The notes beneath the pieces are model-generated. The model saw only the letters and a program-made list of their open reading frames with translations. It had not been told where the DNA came from and did not search any database. Positions 1-8,873 of a DNA stretch of 32,000 nucleotides are shown here, one piece after another. The position numbers and the translations under genes are program-made. Origin of the DNA: Pirellula staleyi DSM 6068 (GTDB taxonomy: Bacteria; Planctomycetota; Planctomycetia; Pirellulales; Pirellulaceae); contig CP001848.1 of the NCBI GenBank assembly GCA_000025185.1, positions 4,020,001 to 4,052,000 on the forward strand, written 5' to 3'. Within the stretch, counting starts at the first letter, position 1; every line of letters starts with the position of its first letter.

Positions 1-166
1 GCGGAAGGGGAATCGCCTCGCTCGAGACCGTTTCAGCGCGAACCTTGAACGTCGCCTCTTGGCGAGGCATGAACTTGCGGCCGATCCATTCGCTTGTTTC
101 CGCGCTGGCGATGCCAGGCAGAAGCAGAACCAGGGAGAGCAACATGAAGTGATGCGGCAAGTTCAT
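1..166 (-). CDS. secreted protein of unknown function, N-terminal fragment running off the left edge
   Basis: ATG at 166-164 is preceded by GGAGG with a 9-nt spacer. My translation is MNLPHHFMLLSLVLLLPGIASA/ETSEWIGRKFMPRQEATFKV..., a signal peptide with an AxA site. The frame stays open to position 1. It is absent from the ORF track because it has no stop in the window. Confidence 0.5.
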   Translation of the reverse strand, partial: MNLPHHFMLLSLVLLLPGIASAETSEWIGRKFMPRQEATFKVRAETVSSEAIPLP

Positions 167-315
167 CGTCGTACGCCTCCGCAGGCACGCTCGATCGGTG
201 GTTGGAATGGAACAGGGGAGAGGCATTTCGCGCCGCATTATGGAGCGACTCGAGTTTGCATGCAATTGAATCCGGTGAATTTGTAAAGAAGCGATCGCGA
301 AAGCATGGTCGAAGC

Positions 316-1428
316 TCAACGGGACGTCGCTTTTTGCTTGACAGCTTCGGCCCAGCGTTCGATTCGAGTTTCGATGATCGATTCCTTGCCGCTTGGTTCA
401 CGCACGATCATGCGCATGGCGACATCGGCCTGCGACTGGGCGAGTTTGGCTCCCCGATCAGGGCCAAGGATGGAAATCGCGGATGCGAGTCCATCGGCCA
501 GCAGGCCAGTTGGCGCGATCACCGTTACGCTGCTCTGCCGCTCGATTCCCAGACCGGTGCGGGGATCGATCAGATGGGAATAGCGTCTTCCGTCGACAAT
601 TAAATGCTGCCGCGAATCCCCCGACGTGCTGATGGCACAGTTGGCGGCGACGACGAAGAAATCGGGCTTGGCGTCGGGATCGATCGGCGCGAGGCCAACA
701 CGCCAACCTTTCTCGCCCGGCGGGGGATCGCCGAGGGCAAAATCGCCACTCCCACGCACCATCGCCCTCGGAAAACCAAGCTGCTGAAGTACAGCGAGCC
801 CCTCCTGAGCGGCAAAGCCCTTGGCAATTCCGCCGAGATCGAGCCGCATTCGAGCGCGGGTGAGCTCGGCGGTCTTCTTGGCGTGATCGAGCTTCAAATG
901 CTGTTGTCCGGTGCACGCGAGCGCCTCTTGCAACTGCTCGGCACCAGGAAGTGCTTGCTGGCGACGGGCCCGGCGCCAAAGCTTGGTGAGTGAACCGAGG
1001 GTGACATCGAACGCACCGTCGGATTGCGCACTTAGCTCGTCAGCCGCCGCGAGAACACGATAGAGATCGTCTGACAGCGGAATCGGCTTGGAGGTTGGGG
1101 CGGAGTCGCTCAGCTTCGAGAGTTCGCTCGTGGGGCTGTAGTCGCTGAGGATTTTGTCGAGCTGCTCGATGCGTGCCATCGCTGCATCGATAGCAGCCAT
1201 CGCATCGCGGTCGGATTTGCCGTCGACCTGATAAACGATCACTTCCCATTCCACCCCCATGTGCAGCGCACGTTTCTCGAAGCGAACAGGCTCGCTGGCG
1301 AGCACGCAGCTGCAAGCAAGCATCGCTAGCGCGGCGCAGATTGTGGCCAACTGGTGCCTTGCAGAACAGCAGCGCGGCGGAGCTTGGCTCGAGATTGGTT
1401 GGGGCATGCGTCTTGGAGCCACCAGCAT
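316..1428 (-). CDS. apbE: FAD:protein FMN transferase (ApbE family), probable lipoprotein
   Basis: 370-aa ORF. ApbE hallmarks: LDLGGIAKGFAA, CAISTSGDS, YSHLIDPRTG, ADGLASAI. N-terminal hydrophobic segment ALAMLACSC. Alternative start at Met8 (1407). Confidence 0.85.
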   Translation of the reverse strand: MLVAPRRMPQPISSQAPPRCCSARHQLATICAALAMLACSCVLASEPVRFEKRALHMGVEWEVIVYQVDGKSDRDAMAAIDAAMARIEQLDKILSDYSPTSELSKLSDSAPTSKPIPLSDDLYRVLAAADELSAQSDGAFDVTLGSLTKLWRRARRQQALPGAEQLQEALACTGQQHLKLDHAKKTAELTRARMRLDLGGIAKGFAAQEGLAVLQQLGFPRAMVRGSGDFALGDPPPGEKGWRVGLAPIDPDAKPDFFVVAANCAISTSGDSRQHLIVDGRRYSHLIDPRTGLGIERQSSVTVIAPTGLLADGLASAISILGPDRGAKLAQSQADVAMRMIVREPSGKESIIETRIERWAEAVKQKATSR

Positions 1429-1544
1429 GGGTGGCGGCTGTCGGGAGGGGCGTTAGTGAGGAAGTATTAAGTTTAACAGCTGCGAAGGTTTGTGCCTCAT
1501 TCGATCTTGACGACTCATGGCTAGAGACCTATTTTTCGCGACCT

Positions 1545-2798
1545 ATGTTGTCCCCCCGATCCATTCTTGCTGCCGCGCTGCTCGCGTTCGCCTGCCTCAC
1601 CGCACTAGGCGACGACGATGTTCTTGCGCCTCGCAGTGGCTTTTTGCTGCTGAGAAACGGCGAGCTTTTGGATGGCGAAATCACCCGCGCTGGCGACTTT
1701 TTTGTGGTGACGCGTGGAAGCGGTATCGAAATCCGCATGAACGCGAGCGAGGTCGAGTTCTATTGTCGAACGCTCGGTGAAGCTTACGAGCGTAAAGCGG
1801 CCGCGCTGCGCGTGGGCGATAAGCGGAGCGTGCTCGAACTGGCACAGTGGTGCTTGCGGCATCGGCTCTATAGCGAGTGCGATGCACAGCTCGCTGCGGC
1901 TGAAACTTTGCACAACGATCAAGAGAAACTCGATCCCATGATCGAGCTGCTCCGATCGCGCCTGCAGGTGGTGCAGGAAGTTCCAGCCCCGGCCAGCAGT
2001 GTCGCGCCTCTGACTCTTGCCAGCGTGCCGATCGATGCGATCGAAACGCGGATGAAGCAACTCCCAGAAGGGACCATCGAAAAGTTCACGGCCGTCATTC
2101 AGCCAGTGCTGCTGAATCGCTGCGGCGCAAATCAGTGCCACGGCCCGAACTCGCGCAACGAGTATCAGCTCTATCGTCCACCATCGGGCCAATTGGCGAC
2201 CCGCCGATTTACCCAGCGAAATCTCTATGCCACGCTCTTGCAGCTCGACCATGCTCGAACGCTGGAAAGTCCGCTGCTGAAAAAAGCGAGCGAAATTCAC
2301 GGCGATTTGCCAGCCCCAGTGTTCGACAAGCGAACGCATGGTCAGCTCGAGGAACTGGTTAGCTGGGCGCTGTCGGTTTCGACTGAAAACGGATCGGCCG
2401 CCCCCTCGGAAGCCGTGGAGACAGCGTCGGCAGCAGCGCCGGCGGCTGTTAAAAACGTCGTGAGTAGCGAGATTAAGTTCGACCCACGTGTACAGCGAGC
2501 GGGGGGAACGTCAGTCGAGAATCTGATTCCCGCCACCACCGCCCAAAAGCCTGCCACGATGGCTCGCGGACCGGTGCAGAACCCTCCCGCGCTGTTGGAT
2601 GTGCCAAGCGATGCCAGTCAGGTCGATAAGCGTCGGGACTCGGCTGCTGGCGATCTTCGAGCCGTCTCGCCGAGCGAAGTCGAGCACGCTGCGGCGCACG
2701 CAGAGCCCGAGTCCAAGCCGATCGTGAAAAAGCCGACAGCGGCTGGCGATCCCTTCGACCCCCGCGTGTTCAACGAGCGCTTTCACGGCAAGAAATAG
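1545..2798 (+). CDS. secreted hypothetical protein with PSCyt1-like (planctomycete cytochrome c-like) segment
   Basis: I trimmed the track ORF 1341-2798 to the ATG at 1545. This gives the signal peptide MLSPRSILAAALLAFACLTALG and removes the overlap with apbE. The internal segment IQPVLLNRCGANQCHGP...LQLD...SPLLKKA resembles the PSCyt1 consensus as I recall it. The C-terminal part is low-complexity and Ala/Pro/Ser-rich. Confidence 0.7.
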   Translation: MLSPRSILAAALLAFACLTALGDDDVLAPRSGFLLLRNGELLDGEITRAGDFFVVTRGSGIEIRMNASEVEFYCRTLGEAYERKAAALRVGDKRSVLELAQWCLRHRLYSECDAQLAAAETLHNDQEKLDPMIELLRSRLQVVQEVPAPASSVAPLTLASVPIDAIETRMKQLPEGTIEKFTAVIQPVLLNRCGANQCHGPNSRNEYQLYRPPSGQLATRRFTQRNLYATLLQLDHARTLESPLLKKASEIHGDLPAPVFDKRTHGQLEELVSWALSVSTENGSAAPSEAVETASAAAPAAVKNVVSSEIKFDPRVQRAGGTSVENLIPATTAQKPATMARGPVQNPPALLDVPSDASQVDKRRDSAAGDLRAVSPSEVEHAAAHAEPESKPIVKKPTAAGDPFDPRVFNERFHGKK

Positions 2799-2824
2799 CC
2801 CGCACTCTCTGTGCTACACGGCTC

Positions 2825-3280
2825 TCAAGGCGCTTCGTCGATCGTGATGGCTTGCTGCGCCAGGAGCTTGAGAAACTCGTAGTTGCTGGGGAGCAAATCA
2901 CGCAGCACTTGCATCTCGGCGGCGGTCATCCAGTAGTAGGAATCGACTTCCGACGGCGCGATTTGTGGCTCTTGCGAGGGGTCGCGAAAAACTTGCCACC
3001 AAGCGAGGTCGACACCCCAGCTGGTGGTGCAGTGCCACAGCTTCTTGCCCACCGTGACATCCAGGGCGAGTTCTTCATCCAGCTCTCGCAAAACCGCTTG
3101 CTGCTCGGTCTCGCCCGGCTCGATCGAGCCACCGGGGAAGCAGTATTTCAGTGGGGCTCGCACCAATCGCGAGCGGCGAATAACGAGCAGCTTACCCTGC
3201 TCCATAATCACCCCCACAACACCGCGGCGGGGCGGTCGACTGCTATCGGCATGCGAGTTGTGTGATTGACCCAGCGGCAT
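2825..3280 (-). CDS. NUDIX hydrolase
   Basis: 151 aa. Clear Nudix box GGSIEPGETEQQAVLRELDEELAL (GX5EX7REUXEEXGU). Confidence 0.85.
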   Translation of the reverse strand: MPLGQSHNSHADSSRPPRRGVVGVIMEQGKLLVIRRSRLVRAPLKYCFPGGSIEPGETEQQAVLRELDEELALDVTVGKKLWHCTTSWGVDLAWWQVFRDPSQEPQIAPSEVDSYYWMTAAEMQVLRDLLPSNYEFLKLLAQQAITIDEAP

Positions 3281-3429
3281 CCGCCCAGACCATTACCTGC
3301 GAGTAAACTTCGACAATTAATGCTCGGCACCACGCACTTGTTGGGGGTGAACCTTGGCGCGAGAGCCGTAAAAAGAGCATACTCTAGTCTTGCGATGATT
3401 GACCGCCCCAGTAGTGGCATTTTCTAGAA

Positions 3430-3864
3430 ATGGTGCACGGCATGACGCTCGAACTTCCCTGGTATCACGAGGGGCTGCAATTCAAATGCACGCAGTGCGG
3501 CGACTGCTGCACTGGCGCACCTGGTTTCGTGTGGGTGAATCAGGAAGAAATCGATGCCATCGCTAAGCTTGTGGGAGCCGAAAGCGTTGCAGCGTTTGAA
3601 GCCAAGTACGTGCGCAAAGTCGGAGCCCGCCGCAGCTTAGTGGAGCTCAAAGGGGGCGATTGCATCTTCTGGAGCCGCGAAACGCGAGGCTGCACGGTCT
3701 ACGCAGCTCGGCCGCGTCAGTGCCGCACCTGGCCCTTTTGGGACTCGAACCTCGAATCCCCCGAAGAATGGGCCCGCACTTGCGAGCAGTGCCCTGGCAG
3801 CGGCAAAGGCCCGCTGCATTCGCTCGAAGAGATCGAAAAACAGCGCAAAGTGATGCGAGTCTGA
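3430..3864 (+). CDS. YkgJ-family cysteine-cluster protein (UPF0153, zinc/iron-chelating domain)
   Basis: 144 aa. N-terminal CTQCGDCC cluster plus distal Cys residues (GDCIF, RGCTVY, RQCRTWPF), typical of the family. Alternative start at Met5 (3442). Confidence 0.8.
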   Translation: MVHGMTLELPWYHEGLQFKCTQCGDCCTGAPGFVWVNQEEIDAIAKLVGAESVAAFEAKYVRKVGARRSLVELKGGDCIFWSRETRGCTVYAARPRQCRTWPFWDSNLESPEEWARTCEQCPGSGKGPLHSLEEIEKQRKVMRV

Positions 3865-4195
3865 GTGATAGCAGCGACATCGCACCAGAAAAATTATGAG
3901 GAAATGGGAAATCCTGGCCGGATATTCGGATTCCTTGGAGTTTTCTGGTTGTAAGGCCGATCATAGGCTGCAGGCACGAAATCGCGGCCGGGGTGCTATT
4001 GTTCCCGGGAAAACGATGTTCGTGCGTTAAGTGTTGCTGCATCAAGGGTTACGTCAAACGGCTCGGTATGCTTCCCAGTCGCTATGCCTTAACCTTTTAC
4101 GATACAACCAGTTACGAATCAGACTGGGATGCCCGGCTCTAGGTCGAAGTTAGCTCTAGAAGTGGCTCGTTTACGACACCTCTGGACGATTACGC

Positions 4196-4224
4196 TTGAC
4201 TCTAGTGCTTACTGCATCTACAGT
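4196..4224 (+). promoter_or_regulatory. sigma70-like promoter candidate for the HU/IHF gene
   Basis: TTGACT (4196-4201), an exact 17-nt spacer, then TACAGT (4219-4224), about 70 nt upstream of the GTG start at 4297. Confidence 0.4.
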
Positions 4225-4296
4225 TGGAGCGTTCGCAGCGGTCCCTTGCGAGGGCCTCTGGCGAACAAAACCAACAAGGTGGAGGAGAGCCCAGTC

Positions 4297-4671
4297 GTGA
4301 CTAAAAAAGAGATCGTCAAAACGATTTCCGAGGAGATTGGACTTACCCAGCTGAAGACCAAAGAGATCGTCCAAAAGACCTTCGACGCGATCGTTGAGAC
4401 GCTTGTCGAAGAACGCCGCATCGAGCTGCGTAACTTTGGCGTCTTTGAGGTGAAGGAACGAGCGGCACGCAAAGCGCGTAACCCTCGAACCGGTCAGCCG
4501 GTGTATGTCGCGGAAAAGTTCGTCGTGACGTTCAAACCCGGTAAAGAGATGGAAGAGAAGGTTCGGCAACTCGAAGCTGCTCGCCGCGAGCGAGAAGCAC
4601 GAGCAGCCGCTGCCGCCAATGGAACCCCGGCACCAACGGATCCAGCCAGCGGTGGAGCTCAGCCGTCGTAA
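4297..4671 (+). CDS. HU/IHF-family DNA-binding protein with Ala-rich C-terminal tail
   Basis: The HU/IHF fold sequence begins at [36 protein letters not shown]...[28 protein letters not shown] at 4297 is preceded by AAGGTGGAGGAGAG (4277-4290). The track's upstream extension from 4129 has no homology-like content. Confidence 0.85.
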   Translation: MTKKEIVKTISEEIGLTQLKTKEIVQKTFDAIVETLVEERRIELRNFGVFEVKERAARKARNPRTGQPVYVAEKFVVTFKPGKEMEEKVRQLEAARREREARAAAAANGTPAPTDPASGGAQPS

Positions 4672-4986
4672 GCTATAAGTCCTTGCTCGCAGGGACTTAA
4701 CTTCACGACTGCTGAAAACCGTGACAGCTGAAAACGTCGAGCGACCGAGAGGTCGAGCATCAACACAAAGATCGGACGAAAGGATTCGCCGATCCCACCT
4801 GTGATGCCCGGCACCTAAGCTTGGAACTAGCGTTTGTCGAGCGAACACCATCTCGCACAAAGACAGTCGTCAGTAGCTTGCGATTAGTAACACGATTGGG
4901 AACAGTTGGCTTGGCCTGCAGTCGGCAGCGGATTACGCCCGAAGCTCGCCACAGCAAATGGAATATCTTTCACGGAGGAAAGATCG

Positions 4987-5205
4987 ATGCGTCGCTTCAT
5001 CTTGTGGTCGGTTCTGAGCTTGGCGGTTGCCACCAATGTGGGTTGCTTCCTGCCCATCTATAACGGCGATCCTGCCGTCCGAACCCGCGAACTCATCTAC
5101 ACTTCGGAAGATTTTCGCAACATCGTTGCCGAATGGCAGCGCATCTGGTTCCTCGACCAGCCCAGCCATATGACGCCTACGCGCGTTCACGGCGGGATCA
5201 TCTAA
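4987..5205 (+). CDS. small exported protein / putative lipoprotein, unknown function
   Basis: ATG at 4987 is preceded by GGAGGAAAG. Signal-like N-terminus MRRFILWSVLSLAVATNVGC with a non-canonical lipobox. 72 aa. Confidence 0.55.
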   Translation: MRRFILWSVLSLAVATNVGCFLPIYNGDPAVRTRELIYTSEDFRNIVAEWQRIWFLDQPSHMTPTRVHGGII

Positions 5206-5536
5206 GCAGCTTGCACGCTCGCCTTAGCGCCCGGCTGTTGCCGCGCGCTTGTTGCCGTAGCAAAGCTGTGCGTAGAGTCACGAGCAAAGGCTCCTTGAGG
5301 GATCGCTGCGCCGTAATCGCTCCCTGCTGCACGCTCGCCATCGCCTGCTGCTAACGCGTGGCTCGAGCCGCTTGCTAGCCACCCTCTGCTGCCTTGCGCG
5401 CATCGTTGTGAGGTTGTCACCCGCGCCTCTCGCGGTTAGATTCGCCTGTCACCTGCCAACTTCACAGCAAACTATCCTTTGGCCTCCGCTCGTCGTCGGT
5501 GCCCCAGGCAGGTGCACCTGCGGTTGGCACACCTGA

Positions 5537-6493
5537 TTGCGGATCATGGCTCCTGCTGCCTCCATTGCTTCTGGCGTCGATCTCTCGGTCACTCTGGGAC
5601 GCCTCCGCCTCCGAAACCCGATCCTCACCGCCTCGGGAACCTTTGGCTACGCTCGCGAGATGGAGTCGCTGGTCGATTTCAGCAAACTTGGAGGCATTCT
5701 TCCGAAGACCGTCACCCAGCAGCCTCGCGCTGGTAATACCCCTTGGCGCACGGTTGAGACCACCGCTGGTCTTCTGAACGCCATCGGACTCGACAACGAC
5801 GGGATCGAGACCTTCATTGCCCACCACATGCCGTACCTCGGCAGCTTGCCGACCTCGATCATCGTGAGTATCGCCGGCAGCAACCACAACGAATTCGTTG
5901 CCATGGCGGGTCGGCTGTCGGATATCGATGGCATTGCCGCTATCGAGCTCAATATTTCGTGCCCCAACGTGGCCCACGGCATCGACTTCGGTGCCGACGC
6001 ATCGCTCTGCGAAAAGCTGGTGTCAGACTGTGTGAAAGCGACCCGACATCCGATTCTGGCCAAGCTCACCCCGAACGTCACACGGATTGCCGATGTCGCT
6101 AAAGGGGCAGCCAATGGTGGGGCCGATGCCCTTTCGCTGATCAACACCGTCCAAGGGATGGCCATCGATTGGCGGAAGCAAAAGCCGCTCCTCGGGAATG
6201 TGATGGGGGGGCTGAGTGGTCCCGCCATTAAGCCGATCGCGCTCCGCTGCGTCCACCAGGTACGGCAGGCGGTCAGCACGCCGATCATTGGGATCGGCGG
6301 TATCGCGACCATCGACGACGTGATGGAATTTATCGTCGCTGGTGCATCGGCAGTACAAATCGGCACCGCCAACTACTACGACCCCACGGTGACCATGAAA
6401 CTGGCAGCCGCTCTTCCATTTGCCTTGCAGGAAATAGGTGCCAAGTCGATTGCCGAAGTGGTGGGAAGTTTGAAACTCCCCGGCAAGCCGTAG
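5537..6493 (+). CDS. pyrD: dihydroorotate dehydrogenase, class 1 (catalytic subunit)
   Basis: 318 aa. LRNPILTASGTFGY, ELNISCPNV (Cys catalytic base indicates class 1), GGLSGPAIKPIALR, IGIGGI. Alternative start at 5546. Confidence 0.9.
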   Translation: MRIMAPAASIASGVDLSVTLGRLRLRNPILTASGTFGYAREMESLVDFSKLGGILPKTVTQQPRAGNTPWRTVETTAGLLNAIGLDNDGIETFIAHHMPYLGSLPTSIIVSIAGSNHNEFVAMAGRLSDIDGIAAIELNISCPNVAHGIDFGADASLCEKLVSDCVKATRHPILAKLTPNVTRIADVAKGAANGGADALSLINTVQGMAIDWRKQKPLLGNVMGGLSGPAIKPIALRCVHQVRQAVSTPIIGIGGIATIDDVMEFIVAGASAVQIGTANYYDPTVTMKLAAALPFALQEIGAKSIAEVVGSLKLPGKP

Positions 6494-6549
6494 CGGCATC
6501 GCTGCCACTCGGTCGAAGGTCGATTCACAACATCGCTTAAGATTGCCAC

Positions 6550-6575
6550 GCTCGTCTTATCGTACGAGCTTTTTT
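6550..6575 (+). terminator. rho-independent terminator candidate after pyrD
   Basis: Stem GCTCGT (6550-6555) pairs with ACGAGC (6564-6569), with an 8-nt loop, followed directly by TTTTTT (6570-6575). Confidence 0.6.
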
Positions 6576-6592
6576 GGAAGTAGGAAATTGTC

Positions 6593-7558
6593 ATGCGAGT
6601 CTTGTCGGGCATTCAGCCAACCGGTCGCTTTCACTGGGGAAACTATTTCGGCGCGATCCGGCAATACATCGACCTGCAGCATGGCAACGAGTCGTACTAC
6701 TTCATCGCGAATCTGCATGCCCTCACTACGGTGCGCGATAAGAAACAGCTCGAGCAAAACACGCTCGACGCAGCGCTCGATCTCCTGGCGCTAGGGCTTC
6801 AGCCCGAAACAGCCACGCTGTTTGTGCAGTCCGATGTTCCTGAGGTGAGCGAGTTGTGCTGGATTCTGATGACCGGCACTCCGATGGGGCTGCTCGAAAA
6901 GTGCCATGCTTTTAAGGACAAGAAAGAGCGAGGCCTCACCGCTGATGCCGGGCTCTTTACTTATCCGGTCCTCATGGCGGCCGATATTTTGATCTACGAT
7001 GCCGACATCGTTCCGGTCGGTCACGATCAGATTCAGCACATCGAAGTCTGCCGCGATTTGGCTGGCAGTTTTAACTTTCACTTCAAGCAAGAAGTGTTCG
7101 TGCTTCCCAAGTCCAAGATCTTGGAGACGAGTGCCAAAGTCCCCGGGCTCGATGGCGAGAAGATGTCGAAGAGCTACAGCAATACGATCGAGATTTTTGA
7201 GCCTGTTGCTGCGATGCGTAAGAAAGTGATGCGCATCAAGACCGACCTTCGTCCGATGGAAGAGCCGAAAGATCCGGCAGGCGATCATTTGTTCGATCTC
7301 TACCGGCTCTTTGCAACCGCCGACGAAATCGCTGCGATGGATGCGCTCTATCGTCGTGGTGGTTTTGGTTATGGGGATGTGAAGAAGGCGCTGGCCGAAG
7401 CAGCCGAGCGATATTTCGCGCCAGCTCGGGCCAAGCGTGAAGAACTAGCCGCTGATCTTCCCAAAGTGCGCGATATCTTGGCCGACGGTGCCCGCCGAGC
7501 TCGCAAGAAAGCCTCCGAAACCCTCCGCCGCGCGAAAGATGCGTGTGGGCTCGGTTAA
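6593..7558 (+). CDS. trpS: tryptophan--tRNA ligase
   Basis: 321 aa. Class I signatures [13 protein letters not shown] (HIGH-type) and KMSKS, with typical TrpRS length. Confidence 0.95.
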   Translation: MRVLSGIQPTGRFHWGNYFGAIRQYIDLQHGNESYYFIANLHALTTVRDKKQLEQNTLDAALDLLALGLQPETATLFVQSDVPEVSELCWILMTGTPMGLLEKCHAFKDKKERGLTADAGLFTYPVLMAADILIYDADIVPVGHDQIQHIEVCRDLAGSFNFHFKQEVFVLPKSKILETSAKVPGLDGEKMSKSYSNTIEIFEPVAAMRKKVMRIKTDLRPMEEPKDPAGDHLFDLYRLFATADEIAAMDALYRRGGFGYGDVKKALAEAAERYFAPARAKREELAADLPKVRDILADGARRARKKASETLRRAKDACGLG

Positions 7559-7584
7559 GCTTCAGCAGCGACTCGATGACTCCA

Positions 7585-7613
7585 CGAAATTCCCCTCGGA
7601 ATCGTTCTTTTTT
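7585..7613 (+). terminator. terminator-like hairpin with T-tract after trpS
   Basis: CG..ATTCC (7585-7593), loop CCTC, GGAATCG (7598-7604), followed by TTCTTTTTT (7605-7613). The stem is short and has a 2-nt bulge. Confidence 0.4.
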
Positions 7614-7737
7614 GGTGACTTGGGGGGCTGGCCGGCATCCAAGAGTGAACGAAGGTGACGTTTGCGACGTACACCTACCTGGCGCTCGGACGAATGACCG
7701 TCCGGGCACGTTCCACTCTCCCCGGAGGTCCGGTCTG

Positions 7738-8307
7738 ATGTCTCTCGCGATTTCGAAAACGCAAATGCTCGCTGGCTTTGCCGCTGTTACACTCGCCACC
7801 GTGGCAACCCTCTGGGCCGACGCTGATTCGCCACCAGCGAAGGGGGATGTCGCCAAAGACTTTACCCTTCAGACTCTCGACGGCACCGAGGTGCAGCTAT
7901 CGAAGCTCAACGCCAAGGGACCTGTCGTGGTGGTCGTGCTGCGTGGCTATCCCGGCTATCAATGCCCCGCCTGCAATGCCCAAACAGGCGAGTTCATCGG
8001 CGCTGCGAAGAAGTTTGCCGCTGCCAAGGCCAACGTGGTGCTGGTCTATCCCGGCGAAGGGAAGGGGCTCGAGAAGTTTGCGAAGGACTTTGTGACTGGG
8101 AAGACGTTTCCCGACAACGTGATGCTGGTGACCGATCCCGATTACAAGTTCACGGTGGCTTACAACTTGCGCTGGGATGCTCAGAACGAAACCGCCTTTC
8201 CATCGACGTTCGTGATCGATGCCGAGGGGAAAATCATCTACAGCAAAATCAGTGAGACCCACGGTGGTCGTGCACCGGTGGCTGAAGTCCTCAAAGCGCT
8301 CGAGTAA
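7738..8307 (+). CDS. exported thioredoxin-fold redoxin (AhpC/TSA family)
   Basis: I trimmed the ORF to the ATG at 7738, giving the signal peptide MSLAISKTQMLAGFAAVTLATVATLWA. Thioredoxin-fold motif GYPGYQCPACNAQ (CxxC), with length and pattern typical of AhpC/TSA redoxins. Confidence 0.8.
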   Translation: MSLAISKTQMLAGFAAVTLATVATLWADADSPPAKGDVAKDFTLQTLDGTEVQLSKLNAKGPVVVVVLRGYPGYQCPACNAQTGEFIGAAKKFAAAKANVVLVYPGEGKGLEKFAKDFVTGKTFPDNVMLVTDPDYKFTVAYNLRWDAQNETAFPSTFVIDAEGKIIYSKISETHGGRAPVAEVLKALE

Positions 8308-8534
8308 GACTCGCGTACAAACAGGCTCCCTGCTAGCACTGCCATCGAGCGGTGCGACGTGGCGCGGTCGTTCTGTCTAGACAGCCTGGGGCGATGCCGC
8401 TACAGTTCGGCCCCCCAGGCAGCCGAATGCCGGTTATAGAGTCGGTCCGTGCGCAGATGTTGCTGCGGGCCTTGATTCGCCGGAACAAGGATGTTCAGGC
8501 CCCCCAAGATCACAAGCCAAGGAAGGTACGTGTC

Positions 8535-8771
8535 ATGCAATTCAATCTTTTCAGCTGGATTCGCGAAGGGGTGAAGCAGTCGGTGATTCTCGGCGTTTCC
8601 GACGCCGTGGAAGCGATTGGTTCACCTGCCGGCGATGATTCGGTGCGCGAGCGACTGAGCGGTCTGTTGGCCGTGGAAGGTGCCACTGCCGAGCGTCCCC
8701 AGCTGTCGGCCAGCAAGCGTAAAGCGCTCGGCCGCTCGCTGAAGGATTTCGAGAACAGCACGTCGAAGTAG
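8535..8771 (+). CDS. small hypothetical protein (78 aa)
   Basis: ATG at 8535 is preceded by AAGGAAGG (8518-8525). The translation MQFNLFSWIREGVKQSVILGVSDAVEAIG... has balanced composition. I recognise no family. The track's upstream extension from 8352 is Arg/Pro-rich and unconvincing. Confidence 0.45.
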   Translation: MQFNLFSWIREGVKQSVILGVSDAVEAIGSPAGDDSVRERLSGLLAVEGATAERPQLSASKRKALGRSLKDFENSTSK

Positions 8772-8873
8772 TGGCGCTTCGTGGCCTCGATTTTTTCTTA
8801 GCAACCGCTGCGAGCGCGGCTTCTATCGCTGCGCTCGCCTCCCCACGGGAAGCGTTCTTGCTACACTCGCCGC

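Noticed and set aside
1341-1544. Upstream extension of the PSCyt-like ORF
   Set aside because: It would overlap the apbE start by about 90 nt. The ATG at 1545 yields a clean signal peptide.
4129-4296. N-terminal extension of the HU/IHF ORF (track start 4129)
   Set aside because: The extension has no HU/IHF similarity. A strong RBS plus GTG at 4297 gives the canonical family N-terminus. The candidate promoter would lie inside the extension.
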